A program made the translations under genes and the position numbers. This document shows positions 19,701 to 29,185 of a stretch of DNA of 64,000 nucleotides, in pieces (the stretch's first letter is position 1; each line of letters opens with the position of its first letter). The stretch is from Polyangiales bacterium (GTDB taxonomy: Bacteria; Myxococcota_A; Polyangia; Polyangiales; Polyangiaceae). The stretch covers positions 44,841 through 108,840 of the forward strand of contig JBBRLQ010000027.1 in assembly GCA_038231275.1 (NCBI GenBank). Direction: 5' to 3'. Under the pieces are notes generated by a model that saw nothing but the letters and a program-made list of their open reading frames with translations, was not told where the DNA came from and searched no databases.

Positions 19701-21715
19701 CGTCGGGGCTCCTCTCTCATCGGGATCGTCTCCCCCGACTCCGCCTCGCTCGCCTTGTCCAGATCGAGGATACGCGCGTGTCCGACGTACATCTTCGTCT
19801 CGTACTTCGTGATTTTGCCGATTTTCTTCACGATCTCGGCCATGCGATCGGCCTCCGACGAGATGACGTCGACGGCGTGGAGCGCTCCCGGTGTCTCGAC
19901 CCAGCGCTTCAGGAGGAGCGCGTAGTTGATGACGGCCGTGAGCGGCTGATTGAGCTCGTGCGCGGCGGCGCCGGCGAGCTCGGCGATGATGGCCTGGCGC
20001 TCCTGCGCGAGGATCTGCTCCTGCGCCGCCTGAAGGCGCTGCTCCATGCGCATGCGCTCACGCAGGTCGGTGAAGATGCCGACGGAGCCGGTGGGCGTGT
20101 CTCCCTCGAAGATGAGCGCCGCGGAGAGCGACACCGGCACGAGCTCGCCCTTCGCGCTCAGGACCTCCGTTCTCAACCCCTCGACGCGACCGCCGCCGCT
20201 GCGAATGAGCTTCATGATCTCCTGCGCGGTGTTGCCCGGGTAGAGCACGCGCACGTCGGTGCCGAGCATCTCCGCGCTCGTCTTGCCGTAGATGCGCTCG
20301 GCGGCGCGGTTGAAGAGGAGCACGCGCCCGCGCATGTCGGCGCTGATGATGGCGTCGACGGAGGCGTCGATGACGCGTTGCAGGAAGTCCTTCGTCTTCA
20401 CGAGCTCCATCTCGACGGCGCGCTCCTGCGTGACGTCGCGGAAGCTCGAGAGGACCGCCCCCTCCTCGCGCAAGACCGAGTTGAAGTTGACGCTGACGGT
20501 GATGATCCGCTCGTCTTTGCGGCGGATCCTGAGATCGACACCCTGCGGGAAGCGCCCCTTCATGAACCCGATACGGAGATCGTGAGCGCGCTCAGCGTCT
20601 TCGGGCGCGAAGAGATCGCCGAGGCGGCGCCCGCGCAGGTCGTTCTCGTCGTAGCCGGTAATCTCGCGCGCCTTGGGGTTCGAGAAGAGGAGGCGCCCCT
20701 CGTGGTCGAGAACGACGATGCCGTCGGCGGCGCTCTCGAAGAAGTCGGCGTAGCGCTGGAGCGACTTGAGGCGGCGCTCGGCCTCGAAGCGCGCGACGGT
20801 GACCTGCTGCGTCTGATCGCGCAGCGACTGCAGCACGCGCGCGTTGCGGAGGGCGATCGCCATCGCGCTCGAGACGGTGCGGCAGAGCGAGACCTCGTGC
20901 TCGCCGAACGCCGACGAACGGCGCGCGCGCAAGAAGAGGACGCCGAGCGGCCGGCCTTCGTAGAGGATCGGCAGAATCGCGAGCGAGCTGAAGGCGCGGG
21001 CGTGCGCGTCGTGGCGCACGATCTCGAGCAGCGTGGAGGTCGCGGCGTCGTGGATGACGAGCGGCTCTCCGCTCGTGAGCACCTGCTGGATCTCGGGGTA
21101 CTTCGAGAGATCGATCGGGAGATCGCGGAGGTGCTCGTCGTCGCTCGCGGCCACGACGTAGCCGATCTGCCCTTGCTCGCGCACGAGGACGATCGACACG
21201 CGATCGACCTTGGCGACCTCGGCGATGCGCTGGACGACGGTGAAGAGGATGCCGCGAAAATCTAGGTTCGACGCGAGCGCCTGCGTGAGCTCGAGGACGA
21301 CGTTCGCGTCCTTCTCCTTCTTCGCGAGCTCGTCCATCACGCCGCGCAGGCGGAGCTGACCGCGGATTCGCGCGACGAGCTCGACGGGCCTGAAGGGCTT
21401 CTTCACGAAGTCGTCGGCGCCCGCCTCGAACGCCTTGGCGATCTCGTCCTCGGCGTCGAGCCCGGTGAGGACGACGACGGGGAGATCCTTCGTCTCGGCG
21501 CGCGCGCGGAGAATGCGCAGGACCTGGTACCCGTCGGGCGCCGGCATCACGAGATCGAGGAGGACGATCGACGGCTTCACCCGCTCGATCTGGGCCAGGG
21601 CTTCGCTCCCGGAGGCAACCGCCACGTAGGGGAGCTCGGCGCTCGCGAGCGCCTGCACCAACACGTGTCGGCTGACCGTATCGTCGTCGACGACCAGGAC
21701 CGGACCGCCCAGCAC
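19697..21715 (-). CDS. Receiver-GAF-PAS-PAS-HisKA signalling protein lacking an ATPase domain
   Basis: VLVVDDD...LLDLVMP...KPF receiver; GAF; two PAS (DGIVVLD, DAIISAD); AAAHELNQPL then ends about 75 aa later; GTG start inferred. Confidence 0.85.
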   Translation of the reverse strand: MLGGPVLVVDDDTVSRHVLVQALASAELPYVAVASGSEALAQIERVKPSIVLLDLVMPAPDGYQVLRILRARAETKDLPVVVLTGLDAEDEIAKAFEAGADDFVKKPFRPVELVARIRGQLRLRGVMDELAKKEKDANVVLELTQALASNLDFRGILFTVVQRIAEVAKVDRVSIVLVREQGQIGYVVAASDDEHLRDLPIDLSKYPEIQQVLTSGEPLVIHDAATSTLLEIVRHDAHARAFSSLAILPILYEGRPLGVLFLRARRSSAFGEHEVSLCRTVSSAMAIALRNARVLQSLRDQTQQVTVARFEAERRLKSLQRYADFFESAADGIVVLDHEGRLLFSNPKAREITGYDENDLRGRRLGDLFAPEDAERAHDLRIGFMKGRFPQGVDLRIRRKDERIITVSVNFNSVLREEGAVLSSFRDVTQERAVEMELVKTKDFLQRVIDASVDAIISADMRGRVLLFNRAAERIYGKTSAEMLGTDVRVLYPGNTAQEIMKLIRSGGGRVEGLRTEVLSAKGELVPVSLSAALIFEGDTPTGSVGIFTDLRERMRMEQRLQAAQEQILAQERQAIIAELAGAAAHELNQPLTAVINYALLLKRWVETPGALHAVDVISSEADRMAEIVKKIGKITKYETKMYVGHARILDLDKASEAESGETIPMREEPRR

Positions 21716-21867
21716 AGGCTCAAGTGTAGCGGATCGCAGCTTCGTCGATGAGAAAGAAGCGCCGGTCTCGCAGAATCGCCTACACGTCACGCGCGCGGCA
21801 CGAAATCGCCCTTTTTTCTCGGCGATGGCGAGATGAGGGCCCGACGCGCGCGTGCTAGGTTGAGCCA

Positions 21868-22365
21868 ATGCGGGGACGTTCGCTCATGGCCGCCGGCCTC
21901 GGCGTCGCGATCGCGCTGGCGGGTTGCTCCCTGCTCGCGCCCTCCGATCACGATCTCCAAAAGGGGCTCGAGGGCAGCAGCGGAACCAGCGGTGGTACCA
22001 GCGGCAGCGGGAGCAGCGGAGCGACCAGCGGCGGAGCCAGCAGCAGCGGCACCAGCGGCGGTACGAGCGGGGCGAGCGGCGGAACCAGCGGCAGCGGCAC
22101 GAGCGGCAGCGGCGACAGCGGCGCGAGCGGCAGCGGCGACAGCGGCGCGATCGACGGCTCGGATCCGAGCTGCGTTCCGGTTTGCGCGCTCGTTCCGCCC
22201 GCGTGCGACGTGCGGCAGTGCGCGTGCGCTGGGCGGCACTGCAACATCCAGGACTGTTCGGCCGTCGGCGGTACCACGACGCTCACGTGCGACAAGGTCG
22301 CGTGCACGCTCTCGCTTACCGCGAAGACGTGCATCGTCGACTCGCTCGTGTGCAAATGCCCGTGA
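21868..22365 (+). CDS. Small lipoprotein with Gly/Ser-rich linker and Cys-rich C-terminus
   Basis: LAGC lipobox; SGGTSG repeats; 11 Cys in C-terminal ~65 aa. Confidence 0.7.
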   Translation: MRGRSLMAAGLGVAIALAGCSLLAPSDHDLQKGLEGSSGTSGGTSGSGSSGATSGGASSSGTSGGTSGASGGTSGSGTSGSGDSGASGSGDSGAIDGSDPSCVPVCALVPPACDVRQCACAGRHCNIQDCSAVGGTTTLTCDKVACTLSLTAKTCIVDSLVCKCP

Positions 22366-22374
22366 CGCGCTGAT

Positions 22375-23193
22375 TCAGAAGTGAAGCGCCGCGCCAAAGC
22401 CGCCGGGCACCGGGACGACGGACAGCGACGCGCCGCTTCGAGGCGACGCGGCGGGACCGGGCTGCACCGCCCAAACGACCACGGCCGAGGCGCCGAGCGC
22501 GAGGGCGCCGATCCATCCGATGTCGGCGAAGAGGTAGTCGCGGTGAATCGTCCGCACCTCGTCGTCGGAGCAGCGCGGCGAGCAGCCCTCCGCGCTCTTT
22601 CCGGCGAGCGCGAAGGCGACGAACAGGCCGCCGGCCGCGAGCGCGACGCCGCCGAGCACCCAGCTCGCGACGGGGACACCGCGCGACGCCTGCAGCGCGG
22701 GCCCAGCGGGGCCGGGCGCCGTCGGGTCGGCGAACTCGCCGCGGACATTGCGGAGCGCCCCCTCCGCGAGCACGACGTCGACCTTGACCGTGCGGCCGCC
22801 CCACTCGAAGCGGACGACGTGCGGCCCGGGATCGAGGCGCTGCGCGCGACCGTCGAGCGAGCTCGCCACGCGCGCATCGTCGACGAAGACGCTCACGTTG
22901 GTGAGATCGTGCCCTCGACCGTCCCCGGCGGAGAAGACCACCGACGGTTGCATGCGCTCGACCTCGCGGCTCCACTCCGCGCAGTCCTTCACCACGAACG
23001 CAGGGCACCCCTTCGCAGCGCAAACGACGAGCTGGTCTTGCGCCGCGCGCAGGTGCCCGTCCTTGCGGAGGCGTTGCGCCTTCTCGTACGCGTCGAAGCA
23101 CGTGTCGGCGCCGCCGGCGCGCGCGTCGGTCTGCGTGACGAGCAACGCCGCGGCCAAGAGCACGCCGGACGTCGATGCTGTCACCACGCGCAT
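22375..23193 (-). CDS. Secreted/membrane PEGA-like partner of Ser/Thr kinase
   Basis: Signal peptide; C..AYE.AQ...C...CP..V..DC..W helical motif; LDPGPH beta domain; C-terminal TM; alternative TTG start at 23220. Confidence 0.7.
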   Translation of the reverse strand: MRVVTASTSGVLLAAALLVTQTDARAGGADTCFDAYEKAQRLRKDGHLRAAQDQLVVCAAKGCPAFVVKDCAEWSREVERMQPSVVFSAGDGRGHDLTNVSVFVDDARVASSLDGRAQRLDPGPHVVRFEWGGRTVKVDVVLAEGALRNVRGEFADPTAPGPAGPALQASRGVPVASWVLGGVALAAGGLFVAFALAGKSAEGCSPRCSDDEVRTIHRDYLFADIGWIGALALGASAVVVWAVQPGPAASPRSGASLSVVPVPGGFGAALHF

Positions 23194-23220
23194 TGGATCG
23201 ATGCTAGCCGCGGCGCCCAA

Positions 23221-24795
23221 TCATAAGCAATGTCGCTTCGGGATGCGGACGCCGTCTGCGCCGAGCGTGTAGGGAGGGTCGCAGTCGTTCTTCGGAGGTG
23301 GCGGGGGCGGGAGGACGCGATGCGGACCCGGCGCGCGCGCTGGTGACGTGACGCTGCCGACCGGCGCGGATGCGCTGGCACTGTACGGAGGAGGTGGAGC
23401 AGGGGGAGCGGACGGGACGACCAGCGCAGGCGCGCTGGGCGCGGGGACCGACCGGTCCGCGAGCGTGGACGTGGTGGCAACCGGCGCAGACCGCGCGGCG
23501 CTCGACCCGCCACGCACGGCGAATGGGACGCCGACGAGGAGCACGCCGGCAAGGGTCGCGAGCGCGGCGATGACGAAGAGACGTCTTCGCGACGACGTAG
23601 GCGGGCGCGGCGCATCGACGAGCACGGGCGTGCGCGCGTCCTCTTTCATGGGTCCCGGCCCGGCATAAGGGCTCGTGGTCGCCGCGGTGTCGTCTTCCAC
23701 GACCCGCACGCGCTCGTCGACCGTCAAGAGCGCGTGCTGCAAATTCTCCGACGTCATCTGGCTCGTGGCGGCGATCGACGCGCTGGCGAGCGCATCCATC
23801 TTGGCGCGCAGCTGCGCCGCGCTCTGCGCCTGCTCGCGACGCTTCGCCAGCTTCTGCCCAGACTTTCTCTGCACGAACGCGGCGACCTCGGGCGGCTCGG
23901 CGACACGTACCAGCAGCGCCGAGTGACGCGCGAGCTCGCTCGCCAGCGCGGCGGCGGTCGGGGTGCGCTTCGAAATGTCCGGCTCGAGCGCCGCGGCCAC
24001 GGTCTGCTCGAGCGCCGCCGGAATCTCCGGCGCCACGGTGCGGAGGAGCGGCGGTCGCTCGGACACGACCTTCAAGAGCGTCGCGATCCCGTCCTGCTCG
24101 GTGTACAGGCGCCGCCCCGCGAGGATCTCCCAGGCGACGACGCCGGCGGCCCACACGTCCACGCGCCGGTCGATCGCGACGCCCCGCGCCTGCTCGGGCG
24201 CCATGTACGAGACCTTCCCCTTCACTACGCCGGTCGCCGTGTTCACGTCGCTGTTCGCCGCCTTCGCGATCCCGAAATCGGTGAGCTGCGCGATCCCGTC
24301 GACGCCGACGAGGATGTTCTGCGGGGAAAAATCGCGGTGAACGACGTTCAGCGGCGCGCCGTTCTCGTCGTGGAGCTCGTGCGCCGCATGCAACCCCGCG
24401 AGGGCGTCGAGCAAGATGCGGATGCCCACGCCTACCGGCAGCGCCTCTTCGCCCCCGGCGCGACGCTGGAGGCTGCTCAGCGTGTCCCCCTCGACGTAAT
24501 CCATGACGAGGAAGAGCCCGAGCGGATCCTCGCCGACGTCCAGGATCGAGACCACGTTCCGGTGGCGGATGCGCGACGCGAGGTTCCCTTCGGCGAGCAG
24601 CACCGCCGCGAACGCGCTCTCCTCGTTGAGGTGCGCGTGGGTCAGCTTGACCGCGACGTGACGCTCGAAGCCGCGCGCGCCGCGGCTCTGCGCGAGGTAC
24701 ACCGTCGCCATTCCGCCGCTCGCGATGGGAAGAAGGATCTCGTAGCGCCCGATGCGCGGCGGAACGGGCGCGGCGACGCGGGCGCGCGAGCCCAT
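23221..24795 (-). CDS. Hanks-type Ser/Thr protein kinase with TM
   Basis: IASGGMATVY, VAVK, HRDFSPQN, DFGIAK, YMAPEQ, DVWAAG. Confidence 0.95.
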   Translation of the reverse strand: MGSRARVAAPVPPRIGRYEILLPIASGGMATVYLAQSRGARGFERHVAVKLTHAHLNEESAFAAVLLAEGNLASRIRHRNVVSILDVGEDPLGLFLVMDYVEGDTLSSLQRRAGGEEALPVGVGIRILLDALAGLHAAHELHDENGAPLNVVHRDFSPQNILVGVDGIAQLTDFGIAKAANSDVNTATGVVKGKVSYMAPEQARGVAIDRRVDVWAAGVVAWEILAGRRLYTEQDGIATLLKVVSERPPLLRTVAPEIPAALEQTVAAALEPDISKRTPTAAALASELARHSALLVRVAEPPEVAAFVQRKSGQKLAKRREQAQSAAQLRAKMDALASASIAATSQMTSENLQHALLTVDERVRVVEDDTAATTSPYAGPGPMKEDARTPVLVDAPRPPTSSRRRLFVIAALATLAGVLLVGVPFAVRGGSSAARSAPVATTSTLADRSVPAPSAPALVVPSAPPAPPPPYSASASAPVGSVTSPARAPGPHRVLPPPPPPKNDCDPPYTLGADGVRIPKRHCL

Positions 24796-25857
24796 CTACT
24801 CGAACAGGCCCCCCTGCCCCGGCCCTTGACGCTTTGGCTCCTTCTTCCCGAGGTGCTCGTACGCCTTGCGCGTCGCGATGCGTCCGCGCGGCGTCCGTCC
24901 AAGGAAGCCCTGTTGCAAGAGGAACGGCTCGTACACGTCCTCGACGGTGTCGCGCGGCTCCCCGAGCGCGGCGGCGAGCGTCTCCACGCCGACCGGTCCG
25001 CCGTCGTAGTCGTCGATGATGATCTTGAGGAGACGCCGATCCATCTCGTCGAACCCCGCCGCGTCGACCTCCAACCGCTCGCACGCCCCCAAGACCGTGC
25101 GCGCGTCGATCGCGCCCGTGCCGAGCACCTCGGCGAAATCGCGCACGCGGCGAAGGAGGCGGTTCGCGATGCGCGGCGTCCCGCGAGACCTTCGTGCGAT
25201 CTCGGTCGCGGCCTCCGCTTCGCACGGGACCTCGAGCAAGCTCGCGCTGCGCGTGACGATCTTGGCGAGATCCTCGACCGGATAGAAGTCGAGCCGCACG
25301 ATGTGGCCGAAGCGCGAAAAGAGCGGCGCCGTGAGGAGCCCGGTGCGCGTCGTCGCGCCGACGAGCGTGAACGGATGAATCTGGATTTGGATCGCCGACG
25401 CGAACGCGCCTTCGCCGGTCATCACGTCGATCCGAAAGTCCTCCATCGCGGGATAGAGGCTCTCCTCGACGATCGGATTGAGGCGATGCACCTCGTCGAT
25501 GAACAAGATGTCGTTCGGCGCGAGCTTGGTGAGGAGCCCCGCCAGCGCGCCTTTGTGCTCGACGACCGGACCGTTCGTCATGTGGAGCTGGACGCCCATC
25601 TCGTGCGCGAGGATCTGCGCGAGCGTCGTCTTGCCGAGGCCCGGAGGCCCACACAAGAGGAGGTGGTCGAGCGGCTCGCCACGTCGACGCGCCGCCTCGA
25701 CGAAGACCTTCAGGTTCTCCTTGTGCTTGGTCTGTCCGATGTAGTCGTCGAACGTCTTCGGCCGCAGCGTCCGGTCGTAGCGCGCGTCGTCCCCCTGGAG
25801 GGCCCCGTCGATCGGACGCGCGCCCGTCTCTTGCGTGATCGGCTTCGCTTTCGGCAT
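24796..25857 (-). CDS. ruvB: Holliday junction branch migration helicase RuvB
   Basis: [64 protein letters not shown]. Confidence 0.98.
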   Translation of the reverse strand: MPKAKPITQETGARPIDGALQGDDARYDRTLRPKTFDDYIGQTKHKENLKVFVEAARRRGEPLDHLLLCGPPGLGKTTLAQILAHEMGVQLHMTNGPVVEHKGALAGLLTKLAPNDILFIDEVHRLNPIVEESLYPAMEDFRIDVMTGEGAFASAIQIQIHPFTLVGATTRTGLLTAPLFSRFGHIVRLDFYPVEDLAKIVTRSASLLEVPCEAEAATEIARRSRGTPRIANRLLRRVRDFAEVLGTGAIDARTVLGACERLEVDAAGFDEMDRRLLKIIIDDYDGGPVGVETLAAALGEPRDTVEDVYEPFLLQQGFLGRTPRGRIATRKAYEHLGKKEPKRQGPGQGGLFE

Positions 25858-25879
25858 GGGCCGAAGCAGCCTACCGCCG

Positions 25880-28869
25880 TCAGTTCGTCCAGTCGAACTC
25901 GACGACCGTGGTGGTCGTGTTCGGAACCACCATCTGGCGATTGCCCTGGCCGTTCAGCTCGAAGCGAACCGACTCGTTCTTGCCGACGACGCCCTTCCAC
26001 TCGATGCGGGCGCCCTGCGGGAAGCTGGCGTGGCCGGTGTAGCGGAAGCGGCCTGCCGGGTCCGAGTCGGTCTGCGTGAGATCGAGCCCGGGGTCGGCGG
26101 CGCGCCAGTTGCTGAGCGGGTCCGGACCACCGAGCGATCCGATGCCCTGCGGCGGGGTCGTCTGGCCGAGCACGCGAAGCGCCTCGCTATTCGGATCGAA
26201 CTGCGGCTCGTTGATGTCGGTGCGAATGGTGAACGTGATCTCACACTCGGGGACACGCGGGTTGTGCACTTGCCCAACCCACGCGTTGATGGCGTTGATG
26301 GCCGCGCCGTCCTGAATGAGCTTGAACTGCTGGAACGCCGACTGCGGCATCTGCGGCAGCGTGAGGCGCTGCGGATCGTTCGCGATCGGGAAGATCAGCT
26401 GGTGGAGGAGCACGTCCGCGCCGCTCGAGACCGACAGGTTCTGAACGAAGTCGTACTTGTCGAGATCGGTGTTGTTGTAGCGGTGGCAGCTGGAGCAATA
26501 CGGCCCGATGAGCTTCGAGTAGAGGTCCACCTTGGACTGCTTGTACTGCGCGGAGACGCCGTCGGCGTTGTCGGTGAAGCTCTTGGGGATGTGGCGCGGA
26601 TCGTCGTTCGAAATCGCGGGAGCCGCGCCGGTGGGGTACATCGAGCCGATGTAGTCGACGATGGCCTGGGTCGTCGGGACGCCGTTGGCGAGGGGCTGCG
26701 TCGCGGTGCCGCGCACCTTCTGGTTCGTCGCGCGAATGATCTGGTTCAAGGCGAACCACTGCTGCTCGGCGTCGTCCTGCGTGACGGTCGGATGGCGCTT
26801 GAGCGCGGAGGGCTCGAACTCGCGGAAGATGGAGCCGACGTCGGCGCTGCCGGCGTAGGTGCCGCCGTGGCACGGCGTGCAGAGCGCGGGAGCGACCTTC
26901 GCGCCTTCCCCGTCGAGCACGGCGAAAGGCTGGATCGTGTGAGGCGCCTTGCCTCCGAACACGTAGAACCGCACCTGCCCGGTGGGGCTCAGGTTCATCG
27001 TCACGGTGCCGAGGTTGGTCTTCTCGTCGCCGAGCTGGTTCGGATCGGGCACCAGCGCGTTGCCCCTGCGCGGGTCGGAGTTCGGATCGTCCGTAGGCGG
27101 CCAGTTGGTGACGGCGCAGCCGCCGACGCCCGGCGAGATGTCCTTCGTGCACGACATCTGCCGCCAGAAGCCGAGATCCAGATCGTTCTTGTAGAGCGCG
27201 GTGATCTTGTCACCGGCCATGAACTGCGCCTTCCACTGGGCGAGCGTGAAGTCCGGCTCCTTGAACGCACCGAAGTCTTTCACGTCCTTGGGGACCTGCG
27301 CGGAGTTGATGCGGAACGCGCCGAGCTGCGGGACGTCGGGATTCGCGAGGACGAGGTACTCGAGCCCTTCCTGGAAGCCGAGGATGCCCTGCTTCGAGAG
27401 GAAGACGTACGAACGCGCGTTCGGATCCGGCAGGCGCGGGCACGAGCCGGGGACGACGCGGTAGATGCCGCCGTGGAAGCCGAGCGCGAGGATCTCGCCG
27501 GCCGAGTCGGTCTGAAAGCTCGTGATCATCTCGCCGTTGCCGATGCGCAACGGCGTGAGAGGGCCACCCGCGGCGCGGAGGTTCGCGGGCATCTTGGCGT
27601 TGTCGACCGTCGCGTAGACCTGCCCGTTCTGGAAGTCGGCGTAGACGAAGTGGCCGACGAGCGACGACATGCCCGACGCGCGGCCGCGGTATACGAAGCC
27701 GCCGGTGACCGACGAGGCGACGTAGCCGCTGGTGTTCTTGGTGAGCGGATCGTTCGGATCGGCGCGTGCGGGACCTCGATCATCGGATCGGTCAGCGGCT
27801 TGTCGGTGGCGCAGCGGTCCTTGCTCGCGTCGCACACGCCGAGCGGCGCGCCGAGGCAGTTGCCGAACTCTTTGCAGAACTGCTGGCGGTGGAGCGCCTC
27901 TTTGACGTTCCAGCCGTAGTTGTGGGCTTTTCGGACGATGTTGATCTCTTCGAACGCGTCCTGCCCGACCTCGGCCTCCCAGATGTCGACCTGGCCGTCG
28001 TGCTGATCGAAGTTCCAGCGCCAGGGGTTGCGGTGACCCCAGGAGTAGATCGTCGGTAGGCCACGCGGCGTCGTCGTGTTGCCGGTGACGACCGGCGGGA
28101 ACTCGCCGCGGGGGCCGAACGGGTTGTCCTCGGGCGCGCCGAACTCGACGCCCTTCTGCGCGCGGGTCGCGGCGTCGAGGACGTCGATGCGGAGGAACTT
28201 GCCGAAGATGGTGTTCGTGTTCTGCGCGTTGCCGAGCGGGCCCTTCGCCTGCTCCGAGTCGCCGATGCTGATGTAGAGGAGCGGCACGCCCGTCACGCCG
28301 ACCTCGGTCGGGTGGAAGTTCATCTGCCCGCCGTTGTGCTCGCTCGCCGGCTTGTTCGCGGAGAAGAGGATCTTCTCGGAGGCCCGGTCGAGCGTCTTGC
28401 CGCCATCCTTGCTCGAGAAGCGCGACATGCGCCACTGGTAGCCTGTGCCGTCGACGAACCCGTCGTACGTCACGAACACTTCGGGGACGCTCGGCCAGCT
28501 CGGGTGGATCGCGAGCCCGTTGATGCCGGGCTCGCGGTCGCCGCTGTTCACGCGATCGCGGATGTCGAGGAGGACGTCGGCGCTCTGCACGTCGTCGCGG
28601 TTGGGGAAGCTCTTGATGGTGCCGCCCTTCTCGGCGACGAACCACGTCGAGTCGTCGGGCGTGCGCACCAGCGTCGTCGGGATGACGAACTGGAGGTTCG
28701 CGAACGCGGGAGCGAGCCGGACGCCGCCGACCGGAGAGTTGCACGTCGTGTCCGCCGACTCCGAGGAGCCGTCCGGACCGCCGGAGCTCGAGCACGCGAA
28801 GCCGGACGCGGAGGCCGCGGCGACGCTCAGGGCGAGGACGGCGACGTGAAGCAAATGGCGGGGGTTCAT
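25880..28869 (-). pseudogene. PQQ-dependent glucose/sorbosone dehydrogenase-like lipoprotein fused to two CxxCH motifs and a CBM20-like domain; reading frame broken near 27765
   Basis: N-half (28869-~27766): GFAC lipobox, HNGGQM.F, GKFLRID, WGHRNPWR, VGQDAFEEIN, NYGW. C-half in another frame: SVTGGFVYRG, YADF, ITSFQTD..GEI, CTPCH, CSSCH, C-terminal LSNW..IEWK..NR..DW. Confidence 0.75.
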
Positions 28870-29185
28870 GGGAGCTCGCTGGGGTCACGAAGCGGTGGCG
28901 ACGCAGAAGAAGAGGGCGACCGACCGGCGCCGATGTAGGTCTTTTGCACACTCCGAGCCACGGCGAATGTGCAACGCGACGCGTAATTTCAATCAGTTGA
29001 CGCGGTAATTTTCTAAGTAAGGTGGTCTGAGGTATGACCAGGTGGTTTTTATGACACCTGGATGTACGCCGCGCCGCGTCAGGGGAGGGCGGCCGATCCA
29101 CCCGCCTGACACCTCATGCCCGCGCACGTCGCAACCTGGGCCGTCGCCTTCCTTCGAGCCCGTCCGTGTGGGAAGCTCCGCGCAC

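Noticed and set aside
27755..27775. Programmed ribosomal frameshift or phase-variable tract
   Set aside because: No slippery heptamer or homopolymer at the junction.
25880..29101. 1073-aa ORF as a single real gene from 29101
   Set aside because: Its first ~445 aa are off-frame text; the real N-terminus is in the 27526-28869 frame.
28870..29185. Known riboswitch
   Set aside because: Hairpins are present, but I could not match the core motifs of TPP, c-di-GMP or glycine riboswitches by eye.
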